Origin: Bacillota bacterium
Lineage (GTDB): Bacteria; Bacillota; Clostridia; Peptostreptococcales; Anaerovoracaceae
Assembly: GCA_017472365.1 (NCBI GenBank)
Contig: JAFUQN010000158.1
Span: 1,659-65,658 of the forward strand
Direction: 5' to 3'
DNA length: 64,000 nt
Part shown: piece by piece, positions 47,005 to 55,321 of the stretch
How the letters are laid out: every line of letters starts with the position of its first letter
Position numbering within the stretch: the first letter of the stretch is position 1
The notes under the pieces: generated by a model
Databases searched by the model: none
The model's input: the letters and a program-made list of their open reading frames with translations, nothing else
What the model was told of the DNA's origin: nothing
Made by a program: the position numbers and the translations under genes

Positions 47005-48336
47005 ATGAGTAAACCGATCGTTGCCGTCGTTGGTCGTCCCAATGTCGGTAAATCTACATTTTTTAACAAGGTAGTGGGTCGCCGCGTATCCATCGTAGAA
47101 GATACTCCCGGCGTTACCCGCGACCGTATTTATGCGGAAGCGGAATGGTGTGGAAAGGAATTCATCATGATCGATACCGGCGGGATCGAACCGGATACCG
47201 ATGACGTGATCCTGTCCCAGATGCGCGTTCAGGCGGAGTTGGCCATGGAAACCGCTCAGGTCATTCTGCTGATCGTTGACGGTCGCGCGGGTGTTACCAC
47301 CGCCGACTACGAAGTAGCCGATATGCTGCGCAGAAAGAAGAAGGATGTTATCCTGGTTGCCAACAAGATCGATAACCCGACCAAGCTGCCGGATAACTTC
47401 TACGATTTATATGAACTGGGTCTGGGAATGCCCATTCCCATTTCTTCCACCAACTCCCTGGGAATTGGGGATCTGCTGGATGAAGTGTTTGAAAGAATGC
47501 CGGAAGGCGCCTTCGATGAAGAAGAAGACGATTCCATCAAGATCGCCATCATCGGTAAGCCCAATGCCGGAAAGTCCTCTCTGGTCAATGCGTTCCTGGG
47601 AGAAGACCGCGTGATCGTTTCCAACATCGCAGGTACCACCAGAGACTCCATCGACACCCCCTTCGTTCGCGGAGAAGATAAGTTCACCCTGATCGACACC
47701 GCAGGGATCCGTCGTAAATCCAAGGTCATCGACAATATTGAACGTTACAGTGTCATTCGAGCACTGTCCGCCATCGATCGTTCCGATGTCTGCTTCGTGA
47801 TGATCGATGCCACCGAAGGGATCACCGAACAGGATAAGAGAATCGCTGGTGAAGCTCACAATGCCGGTAAGGGTGTCGTGATCGTTGTCAACAAGTGGGA
47901 CCTGGTGAAGAAAGAAACCAATACCATGAGAGATTTTGAGCGCATGATCCGTGATGAACTGATCTTCCTGAACTATGCTCCCGTCATGTTCATTTCCGCG
48001 CTGAAGGGCCAGCGCCTGGAAGGTCTGATCGATATGGCGAAGACCGTGGCCGAAAACTGTGCAATGCGCGTTCCCACCGGTCAGCTGAACAGCTTGATCG
48101 CCGATGCAGTTCTGATGAACAATCCGCCGTCCGACAAGGGCCGCCGTCTGAAGATCTACTATGCGACTCAGGTCGGTGTCAAGCCGCCTCTCTTCTCCTT
48201 CAAGGTCAACGACCGCGAGCTGATGCACTTCTCCTACGCGCGTGACCTGGAAAACAAGATCCGCGATGCGTACGGATTCTCCGGAACTTCGCTGAAGTTT
48301 GTATTCCGCGAAAAGAGCGAAAAGGAACAGGAGTAA
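47005..48336 (+). CDS. der: Ribosome-biogenesis GTPase Der (EngA), two tandem G domains
   Basis: GRPNVGKST and GKPNAGKSS P-loops, DTGG/DTAG, NKID/NKWD motifs, and a KH-like C-terminal domain. Confidence 0.96.
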   Translation: MSKPIVAVVGRPNVGKSTFFNKVVGRRVSIVEDTPGVTRDRIYAEAEWCGKEFIMIDTGGIEPDTDDVILSQMRVQAELAMETAQVILLIVDGRAGVTTADYEVADMLRRKKKDVILVANKIDNPTKLPDNFYDLYELGLGMPIPISSTNSLGIGDLLDEVFERMPEGAFDEEEDDSIKIAIIGKPNAGKSSLVNAFLGEDRVIVSNIAGTTRDSIDTPFVRGEDKFTLIDTAGIRRKSKVIDNIERYSVIRALSAIDRSDVCFVMIDATEGITEQDKRIAGEAHNAGKGVVIVVNKWDLVKKETNTMRDFERMIRDELIFLNYAPVMFISALKGQRLEGLIDMAKTVAENCAMRVPTGQLNSLIADAVLMNNPPSDKGRRLKIYYATQVGVKPPLFSFKVNDRELMHFSYARDLENKIRDAYGFSGTSLKFVFREKSEKEQE

Positions 48337-48339
48337 CGT

Positions 48340-48951
48340 ATGGGTAATACATTATTAGCAGTGATCTGTGTGGTCATTGCTTATGCTTTGGGAAACATCA
48401 ATCCGGCCATTCTGATCGGCCGTCTCCACGGTGTGGATATTAAAAAAGAAGGCAGCGGTAACGCCGGTACCACCAACGTACTGCGCGTTCTCGGAAAGAA
48501 AGCTGCTGCGGAAACCTTACTGGTGGATATCGGTAAGGGTGTGGTCGCTGTTCTGATCGGAAAGGTCGTGGGTGGTATGATCATGACCGACCCGGGTCTT
48601 TTAGGCGCTTGGTGTGCTGTGGCGGTATTCTGCGGTCACATCTGGCCGGCAGCCTTTGGATTCAAGGGCGGTAAGGGGATCGCCACAGGATTCGGTTCCA
48701 TCGTGACTGCATGTCCTCCTGTGGGAGGAATCATCCTGCTGGTGGCTGTTTTAGGAATGATCCTGACCCAGCGCGTTTCCGTCGGTTCCGTGGCGGCAGC
48801 TTTGACGCTGATCGTTGCCGGTTTTTACTTCGCTCCCAGCTATGGGATCTATTTTGCCATCATGGGACTGATTGCCATCTGGAAGCACAGAGCCAACATC
48901 GGTCGTCTGATCCGCGGTGAAGAACCAAAGATCAGCTTCAAGAAGAAGTAA
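48340..48951 (+). CDS. plsY: Glycerol-3-phosphate acyltransferase PlsY (acyl-phosphate dependent)
   Basis: 203 aa. GSGNAGTTNVLR and FKGGKGIATG motifs. Canonical der-plsY-gpsA neighbourhood. Confidence 0.93.
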   Translation: MGNTLLAVICVVIAYALGNINPAILIGRLHGVDIKKEGSGNAGTTNVLRVLGKKAAAETLLVDIGKGVVAVLIGKVVGGMIMTDPGLLGAWCAVAVFCGHIWPAAFGFKGGKGIATGFGSIVTACPPVGGIILLVAVLGMILTQRVSVGSVAAALTLIVAGFYFAPSYGIYFAIMGLIAIWKHRANIGRLIRGEEPKISFKKK

Positions 48952-48962
48952 GGAGGCGCGGA

Positions 48963-49976
48963 ATGGGAAAGAACATTGCGGTGATCGGAGCCGGAAGCTG
49001 GGGAACAGCACTGGCAGTTTCGCTGTCCAATGCCGGCCATCACGTATCCATGTGGACCAGAAAACCGGAGCATGCTGCAGAAATGAAAGCGACCGGTGAG
49101 AATAAACGATATTTACCGGGAATTCGCTTTCCGAAAACCTTAACAGTGGCGGATTCCATGGAAGAAGCCATCCGTGGTGCGGAGCTGGTGATGTTTTCCA
49201 CGCCGGCGCAGGGCTTTCGCGGTGTTTTGACACAGGCACTGCCTTGGCTGACGCCGGAAATGGTTCTGGTCAATGTGGCCAAAGGAATCGAACAGAAGTC
49301 GCTGAAGCGATTGTCTGAAATCGCGGAAGAATATATTCCCGGAGTAAAGTACGTGGTACTGTCCGGACCGTCTCATGCGGAAGAAGTGGGAAAGCTGATG
49401 CCAACCACCATTGTGGCCGCTGCAGATGACCTGGAGCTGGCAGAGTACGTTCAGGATGTGTTTATGACCGATGCTCTGCGAATTTACACAAATACCGATG
49501 TGGTTGGTGTGGAATTCGGCGGTGCACTGAAAAATATCATCGCGCTGGGTGCGGGGATTTCTGACGGTATGGGCTTTGGTGATAACGCGAAGGCGGCACT
49601 GATGACCCGCGGGATGACGGAAATGTCCCGACTGGGTGTGGCCATGGGAGCGAAGGAAGAAACTTTCGCGGGGCTGACCGGTATGGGAGATTTGATCGTG
49701 ACCTGTACGTCCATGCACAGCCGTAACCGTCGTTGTGGTATCATGATTGGCGAAGGCGTCGCTCCGAAAGAAGCGACCGCGAAGATCGGAATGGTCGTGG
49801 AAGGAATGTTCACTGCAGAAGCGGCCTACGAGCTTGCGAAAAGCGTGAATGTGGAAATGCCCATCACAGAAGCGATTTATGGGGTGATCAACGGAACTGT
49901 CGATGCCCGTGAAGCGGTGATCGCTCTGATGACCCGTCAGAGAAAACATGAAAAAGAAGATACCGGAATCAGGTAA
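48963..49976 (+). CDS. gpsA: NAD(P)H-dependent glycerol-3-phosphate dehydrogenase
   Basis: 337 aa. IAVIGAGSWGTALA Rossmann motif, GPSHAEEV, GALKNIIALGAG motifs. Confidence 0.95.
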   Translation: MGKNIAVIGAGSWGTALAVSLSNAGHHVSMWTRKPEHAAEMKATGENKRYLPGIRFPKTLTVADSMEEAIRGAELVMFSTPAQGFRGVLTQALPWLTPEMVLVNVAKGIEQKSLKRLSEIAEEYIPGVKYVVLSGPSHAEEVGKLMPTTIVAAADDLELAEYVQDVFMTDALRIYTNTDVVGVEFGGALKNIIALGAGISDGMGFGDNAKAALMTRGMTEMSRLGVAMGAKEETFAGLTGMGDLIVTCTSMHSRNRRCGIMIGEGVAPKEATAKIGMVVEGMFTAEAAYELAKSVNVEMPITEAIYGVINGTVDAREAVIALMTRQRKHEKEDTGIR

Positions 49977-49983
49977 CAGAGAG

Positions 49984-50012
49984 TCCTTCACCTGACGGTG
50001 AAGGATTTTTTT
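49984..50012 (+). terminator. Rho-independent terminator of der-plsY-gpsA
   Basis: tccttcacc-tgac-ggtgaagga followed by ttttttt. Confidence 0.88.
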
Positions 50013-50079
50013 ATGTTCTTTTGTTGACTTATCACCACGTTTGTGAAAAAGATATTTATTGAAATCTCACAAAAACCCC

Positions 50080-50108
50080 TTGAAAAAAGAAAAACAGAGG
50101 AGTATACT
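50080..50108 (+). promoter_or_regulatory. Promoter of the antiporter leader
   Basis: TTGAAA (50080-85), a 17-nt spacer, then TATACT (50103-08). Confidence 0.6.
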
Positions 50109-50114
50109 AGCTCT

Positions 50115-50300
50115 TGTTTTGAGGGAAAGATGCAGAACTATATAATGGATAGATATAGTACAAATCCCCAATTGAAAATTTTACGAAGGAAAGCGGATGT
50201 CATTTTGATCTCTCTGAAATGAGAGTGGTTAAAGGGGCATCCGTTCTGTTTTGCAAAAATTGTGTGAGAGATCATAGTGTGAGAGAAAGGAGAAGGAAAA
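50115..50300 (+). promoter_or_regulatory. Long (about 185 nt) structured 5' leader of the cation:proton antiporter with a 30-codon upstream ORF and a terminator-like element
   Basis: Outer stem agcggatg (50192-99) / catccgtt (50238-45) encloses hairpin ctctc-tgaaat-gagag (50210-25) and is followed by ctgtttt. uORF 50130-50222 (MQNYIMDRYSTNPQLKILRRKADVILISLK). Direct repeat gtgtgagaga x2 (50262-71, 50277-86) abuts the RBS. Confidence 0.35.
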
Positions 50301-51506
50301 ATGGATTACACATTCCTTTTGTTGTTAGCTATCATTCTGGTGTCCACCAAGGCATTTGGTGTTGTGTCTGAAAAAGTACATCTGCCTCAGGTTGTTGGTG
50401 CACTGTTGGCCGGGATCGTCATGGGACCCACAGGTCTGGGGGTTTTGGAAAGCACGGACTTCCTGGTAAAAACTGCGGAAATCGGTGTTATTATGCTGAT
50501 GTTCACCGCAGGGATCGATACAGAAATCGAAGAACTGAAAAAGACCGGCGTCAAGGCATTTGTTATTGCCTGCTTCGGGGTTATAGTGCCGCTTCTGCTT
50601 TGCGGCGGATTATATTTCGTTTTCTTCCTGAAAGAATTCACCATGTATAACCTGCTGAGAGCTGCCTTTGTCGGTTCTGTATTCTCTGCAACTTCCGTAG
50701 GAATCACCGTAGAAACCATGAACGAAATGGGAAAAATGAAGACTTCCACAGGTACCACATTGTTGAGTGCTGCGCTGATCGATGACATCATTGGCATCAT
50801 CGTTCTGTCCGTATTGACTGGTTTGTCCGGCGGGATCTCCGCAGATGGCGCTGGTGAAATCGAACTGGGTCAGGTAGGGATCGTTTTGATTAAAATTGCG
50901 GCATTTTTCGTATTCGTACTGGCTGTTGCGTTCTTTGCGAAGAAGTTCTTCGAAAAGATTTCCGAAAAGCACTGGCACAGCCGTCGTATCGCTGTTTGGG
51001 CGCTGGCTTTTGCTCTGGTTATGTCCTACTGCGCAGAAGAGTTCTTCGGTGTTGCAGATATCACCGGTGCATACTTCGCAGGCCTGATCCTTTGCAACGT
51101 ATCCAAGTCCCGTCAGTTCGTGGCTAAGAAGTTTACCGTAACATCTTATATGGTATTCACACCGGTATTCTTCGCCAGTGTTGGTATGAAGACCGACCTG
51201 ACCACGATGAATTCCCAGATTCTGATCTTCGCTCTGTGTCTGATCATTGCGGCGATCATCTCTAAAATCATTGGCTGCGGCGGATCCGCAAAGCTGGTGG
51301 GGATTGCAAAGCATCCCGCTCTGGTAATCGGGATCGGTATGGTGGCTCGAAGCGAAGTTGCCCTGATGGTTGCACAGAAGGGGATCGCAGCAGGAATGAT
51401 CGACTCTGCAATCTTACCGGCAATCGTCCTCAGCGTCGTTGCATCGGCTCTTGCGACTCCGATTATGCTGAAGTCCGTAGTCAATAAAGGACCGGAATTG
51501 GAATAA
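50301..51506 (+). CDS. Cation:proton antiporter (CPA2 / Na_H_Exchanger family)
   Basis: 401 aa, about 12 TM segments. N-terminus LLLAIILVSTKAFGVVSEKVHLPQVVGALLAGIVMGP is typical of KefB/NapA-like exchangers. No KTN/RCK domain. Confidence 0.88.
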   Translation: MDYTFLLLLAIILVSTKAFGVVSEKVHLPQVVGALLAGIVMGPTGLGVLESTDFLVKTAEIGVIMLMFTAGIDTEIEELKKTGVKAFVIACFGVIVPLLLCGGLYFVFFLKEFTMYNLLRAAFVGSVFSATSVGITVETMNEMGKMKTSTGTTLLSAALIDDIIGIIVLSVLTGLSGGISADGAGEIELGQVGIVLIKIAAFFVFVLAVAFFAKKFFEKISEKHWHSRRIAVWALAFALVMSYCAEEFFGVADITGAYFAGLILCNVSKSRQFVAKKFTVTSYMVFTPVFFASVGMKTDLTTMNSQILIFALCLIIAAIISKIIGCGGSAKLVGIAKHPALVIGIGMVARSEVALMVAQKGIAAGMIDSAILPAIVLSVVASALATPIMLKSVVNKGPELE

Positions 51507-51529
51507 TCAAATATTGTAAATAAACGATG

Positions 51530-51568
51530 AAAAAACCCGAAGCACAGGAGATGTGTTTCGGGTTTTTT
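51530..51568. terminator. Bidirectional terminator (antiporter / gamma-CA-like gene)
   Basis: cccgaagcaca / tgtgtttcggg stem flanked by an A run and a T run, between convergent genes. Confidence 0.85.
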
Positions 51569-51586
51569 CGTAAATGGTATTATTCG

Positions 51587-52108
51587 TTAACACTTTTCAG
51601 TGGTAGCGACTTTATGGCGTTTTCCGTAGTCCACGTAGTGGTCAGCGGCACTACGGTTGTGTTCAATCTGCTCTGGACTCAGTTGGCGTACCACTTTGGC
51701 AGGAACACCGACAGCCAGACTATTGGGCGGGATGACCTGACCCTCTTTGACCAAGGCACCGGCAGCGATGATGGAGTTTTCTCCAATCACACAGCCGTTC
51801 AACAATGTGGCGTGCATTCCTACCATGACATTGTCACCGACGGTGGAACCGTGAACGATGGCACTGTGACCTACAGTCACGCCTTCTCCCAAGGTCAGGG
51901 GAGAATTCTTGTCACAGTGGAATACGGCGTTATCCTGAACATTACAGCGGTTTCCAAGGCGCATGGAACAGGAGTCGGCGCAAAGAACAGCGCCATACCA
52001 GATGGTGCAGTCCTCGCCCATAACGATATCACCGACTACGGTAGCGTTGTCGGCTACCCAGCAGCTTTCGGGGACAACAGGTGTTTTATCTTCGAATGTG
52101 AGAATCAT
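51587..52108 (-). CDS. Gamma-class carbonic anhydrase-like / hexapeptide-repeat protein (YrdA/PaaY/CaiE family)
   Basis: 173 aa. Left-handed beta-helix repeats and an N-terminus (KTPVVPESCWVADNATVVGDIVMGEDCTIWYGAVL) characteristic of the family. Confidence 0.88.
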   Translation of the reverse strand: MILTFEDKTPVVPESCWVADNATVVGDIVMGEDCTIWYGAVLCADSCSMRLGNRCNVQDNAVFHCDKNSPLTLGEGVTVGHSAIVHGSTVGDNVMVGMHATLLNGCVIGENSIIAAGALVKEGQVIPPNSLAVGVPAKVVRQLSPEQIEHNRSAADHYVDYGKRHKVATTEKC

Positions 52109-52151
52109 AAAGGACTCCTTTCAAACCATAAGAATCGATAAAAACGGGGAG

Positions 52152-54263
52152 CTAAAGACGGCGGATCTGATCGTTTTCCAAAACGATGGACAGAGAGAAC
52201 CTCTTTTCTTCTCCGCTATCCAGCTTTACAGTGATCCTATCACGGTGACGCGATGTGATCACACCGTCGCCAAAGCGTTTGTGGTGAACGCGGACGTTGG
52301 GAAGGTACATGGCTGATTCTTCAGCTAGAGCTTCCGGATCCTGCTTGGGACTGGCGGAGGCTTTGAAATGACTGGTTCTTCGTTTATCGTTAATTGACGA
52401 TTTAGGAAAAATGGCGTCGGAAAAAGCTGAATTCAGATCGTCCCGCTTGAAGCGGAACAGTGACAGTTCCCGTCGTGCACGGGTCATGGCTACGTAGAAT
52501 AAACGTCGTTCTTCTTCCATAGCAGCCAGAGTATCCGGTGTGTTGAGCGGTTCTGTTTTGGGGAAAACACCGTCGACGACATCCAGAAGGACAACACGGT
52601 CATATTCCAGCCCTTTACTGGAATGGATCGTGGATAAAATCAGCGGGGATTTTTTTTCTGTAGATCCCAGCTTTACGATTTCGGAAAGTTCGTTCAGACG
52701 TTCCAACAGACGACGCGGGTTCGGCTCGGACATTCCCAGGACTTCCAAAATGTGGGCTTTGTTGGAATCCATTCCGCGGTCGTCCATATACTCACCATAG
52801 CCCATAAAGTGGACAACGCGATAAACCGCCTTGTTGGCAGGTTCGTCCAGCATGTTTTCACAGTGGGTTCGCAGAGAACGGCACTGTTTTTTTGTCCAGG
52901 CGGAAGGTGCCTTTGAATCGATGAGAACGTCCCAGATGGATTCTCCGAGTTTTGAGGCGATGTGAACAGCCTGCTCAGCCAAAGCCTTGCTGATCCCGGC
53001 ACCGAGCTTGTAATAAATGTTCATGAACAGTTCACCGTCGGAGGGATCCAGAGCGAATTTCAGAATATCAGTAATATCGCGGACGATGCGATGACTGAAA
53101 AACGTGCTGTCGATCTGCCGGCAACGGTATCCGATGTTCTGACGGTTCAGCCGGTCGATCAGAGGAAGTGCACTGTCGTTATCGCGATACAGAATCGCCA
53201 GTTCTCCTGAGGAGCCCGGTTGGTTCTGCAGACTCACGGCTTCGCGGAGAAGCCAGTCGTACTGACTTTTACGGTCATAGACGGGGATCTCCGTAATGGA
53301 AGAACCAGACTCGTTGGCTGTTGTCATCTGCTTGGGATGGCGGTGGATATTTTTTTGGATAAATGTATTAGCAGCGCTTACAATTTGCGGCGTGGAACGA
53401 TAGTTTTGTTCCATCAGCAATACTTTTGCCTGCGGATAGATTTGGGAAAACTCCATCAGGGCTTCCGGATACGCTGCCCGGAATCCATAAATGCTCTGGT
53501 CCTCATCGCCGACCATAAACAGGTTTTTCGTACGAGAGGCTAAAAGACGGATGATTTCGTGCTGGATCTTCGATGTATCCTGAGCTTCGTCGACGCAGAA
53601 ATACTGGTACTGGTTCTGAAAATAGGACAGAATCTCCGGGTATTGACGGAGCATCCGGTACGCGTACACCATCTGATCATCGTAGTCCATCCAGCCTTCG
53701 TCCTTTAGGATCTTACAATATTCCCGATACATGGGGCCGAAGTCCATACCGTCCGGCTTTAGTTCATCAATTTCCTGATCGGAGAGCATCATGTTTTTTG
53801 CGTAAGTGATATTCGTCCGTAACGTTTTGATGACGCTTTCGGTGGGAAAGTCCCTGGCAATCCTCCGATAGACATCTCCGGCAATGGCCGACAGATGGCT
53901 TTCGTCGGTGATCAGCGAAAAGGCTTTTCGACCCAGAAGACGCTCGTAATACTGGATCACGCGGGCAGATACACCGTTGATCGTACGAAATTCCAGTTCT
54001 GACGCCAGTTCGTCACCGAACAGCGCAGAAAACCGCCGGCGCATGTCGGCGGTTGCCGCCACGGTATAGGTCATGGTCAGGATCAGCCGGGGATCGATGT
54101 TTTTCCCGAGGACCATGTAGCCGAGACGGCTTACCAGAACGGTGGTTTTTCCGCTTCCGGGAACTGCCAGGAGAAGAACGGGACCTTCAGTGGCCTGTAC
54201 AGCAGCAGTTTGCTGCGGATTCAGCTGAATATGATATTGTAAAGCAAATTCTTCATAAGTCAT
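52152..54263 (-). CDS. UvrD/Rep/PcrA-superfamily ATP-dependent DNA helicase
   Basis: 703 aa. Motif I AVPGSGKTT, motif II FCVDEAQD, motif VI VAMTRARREL, and a C-terminal Tudor-like tail (HHKRFGDGVI). Confidence 0.9.
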   Translation of the reverse strand: MTYEEFALQYHIQLNPQQTAAVQATEGPVLLLAVPGSGKTTVLVSRLGYMVLGKNIDPRLILTMTYTVAATADMRRRFSALFGDELASELEFRTINGVSARVIQYYERLLGRKAFSLITDESHLSAIAGDVYRRIARDFPTESVIKTLRTNITYAKNMMLSDQEIDELKPDGMDFGPMYREYCKILKDEGWMDYDDQMVYAYRMLRQYPEILSYFQNQYQYFCVDEAQDTSKIQHEIIRLLASRTKNLFMVGDEDQSIYGFRAAYPEALMEFSQIYPQAKVLLMEQNYRSTPQIVSAANTFIQKNIHRHPKQMTTANESGSSITEIPVYDRKSQYDWLLREAVSLQNQPGSSGELAILYRDNDSALPLIDRLNRQNIGYRCRQIDSTFFSHRIVRDITDILKFALDPSDGELFMNIYYKLGAGISKALAEQAVHIASKLGESIWDVLIDSKAPSAWTKKQCRSLRTHCENMLDEPANKAVYRVVHFMGYGEYMDDRGMDSNKAHILEVLGMSEPNPRRLLERLNELSEIVKLGSTEKKSPLILSTIHSSKGLEYDRVVLLDVVDGVFPKTEPLNTPDTLAAMEEERRLFYVAMTRARRELSLFRFKRDDLNSAFSDAIFPKSSINDKRRTSHFKASASPKQDPEALAEESAMYLPNVRVHHKRFGDGVITSRHRDRITVKLDSGEEKRFSLSIVLENDQIRRL

Positions 54264-54294
54264 AACTCTTTTAGTTTACCACATCCAAGTTCAT

Positions 54295-54323
54295 TTGACA
54301 GCCGTTGTTTCTGAGAATACAAT
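54295..54323 (+). promoter_or_regulatory. vanY-family gene promoter
   Basis: TTGACA (54295-54300), a 17-nt spacer, then TACAAT (54318-23). Confidence 0.6.
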
Positions 54324-54371
54324 AGAAAAAGGACGGAAGTCTGTCAACAAAGGATAAAGGGGTAACAGGGT

Positions 54372-55151
54372 ATGAGTACGAAAAGGGGAACAAAAAAACG
54401 AAGAAAAAAGAGATACCGGATCAAGAAGCGGTTCTTTGTCTTTTTACTGATTTTCATTCTATGCATTTTTGGTATGGTGAAATGTACTGCATGGTTGATG
54501 TCGGATGAGGACAGCGGATCGATCCAGGACCATGGTACGGAGGGAGCGGATGATGAAATCCGCAGAACCGCCATAGATTCCACAGAAGAATGGAAGCTGG
54601 TTTTGGTCAATAAGAATCATAAACTGCCGGCGGATCATTCTGTAGAAACGGCACCTGTGGCTGGACGAAGCGGATATCAGTTTGATTCGCGCGCCATCGG
54701 ATCGTTGAATCAGATGATTGAGGATGCGGCTTCGGAAGGACTGGAAATCGAAGTCTGTTCGGCATACCGCACCATCGAGTACCAGGAGAACCTGATCAAA
54801 GCCCAGGTTGCGAAATATGTTGCCCAGGGGATGTCGCAGACCGATGCAGAGGTGAGAACGGCGACGGAAATCATTGAACCGGGTGCCAGCGAGCACAATC
54901 TGGGGCTGGCGGTGGATTTGGTTGCAAAATCTTACCAACACCTGGAGGAAGATCAGGAGAACACTGCCGAGAATAAGTGGCTCCAGGCCAACTGTACAAA
55001 TTACGGATTTATTCTGAGATATCCGAAAGGAAAGCAGGGTATTACAGGGATTATCTATGAGCCGTGGCACTTCCGTTATGTAGGAGAAGCTGCGGCCAAA
55101 GAAATCATGGAGCAGGGGATCTGCCTTGAAGAATATTTGGGAGAATACTAA
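54372..55151 (+). CDS. D-alanyl-D-alanine carboxypeptidase, VanY / peptidase M15B family, membrane anchored
   Basis: N-terminal basic stretch plus TM anchor. SAYRTIEYQ, SEHNLGLAVDL and EPWHFRYVG zinc-peptidase motifs. Confidence 0.88.
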   Translation: MSTKRGTKKRRKKRYRIKKRFFVFLLIFILCIFGMVKCTAWLMSDEDSGSIQDHGTEGADDEIRRTAIDSTEEWKLVLVNKNHKLPADHSVETAPVAGRSGYQFDSRAIGSLNQMIEDAASEGLEIEVCSAYRTIEYQENLIKAQVAKYVAQGMSQTDAEVRTATEIIEPGASEHNLGLAVDLVAKSYQHLEEDQENTAENKWLQANCTNYGFILRYPKGKQGITGIIYEPWHFRYVGEAAAKEIMEQGICLEEYLGEY

Positions 55152-55157
55152 AAAATC

Positions 55158-55189
55158 AAAGAGACCGTTTTATAAAACGGTCTCTTTTT
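55158..55189 (+). terminator. Rho-independent terminator of the vanY-family gene
   Basis: gagaccgttt-tata-aaacggtctc flanked by aaa and ttttt. Confidence 0.85.
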
Positions 55190-55321
55190 ATTGATAAGCG
55201 AATGTGTAAAGAAATATCAAAAACCTTAATGTTAATACAGAGCTAAGAAACGTCTAAACATCTTAACTTTTGAGAAGATCTGATATAGAATATGTTGAAT
55301 CATAATGGGAGAAGAATGACT

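Noticed and set aside
50115-50300. Identification of the antiporter leader as a c-di-AMP (ydaO-type) riboswitch
   Set aside because: The conserved GGGGACCCA / ACGGGG / CCGAA-type blocks that I recall for that class are absent. The leader is kept only as an unclassified candidate.
51527-52141. 204-aa plus-strand ORF
   Set aside because: Antisense to the gamma-carbonic-anhydrase-like gene, whose hexapeptide repeats and RBS are clear. The ORF also begins inside the bidirectional terminator.
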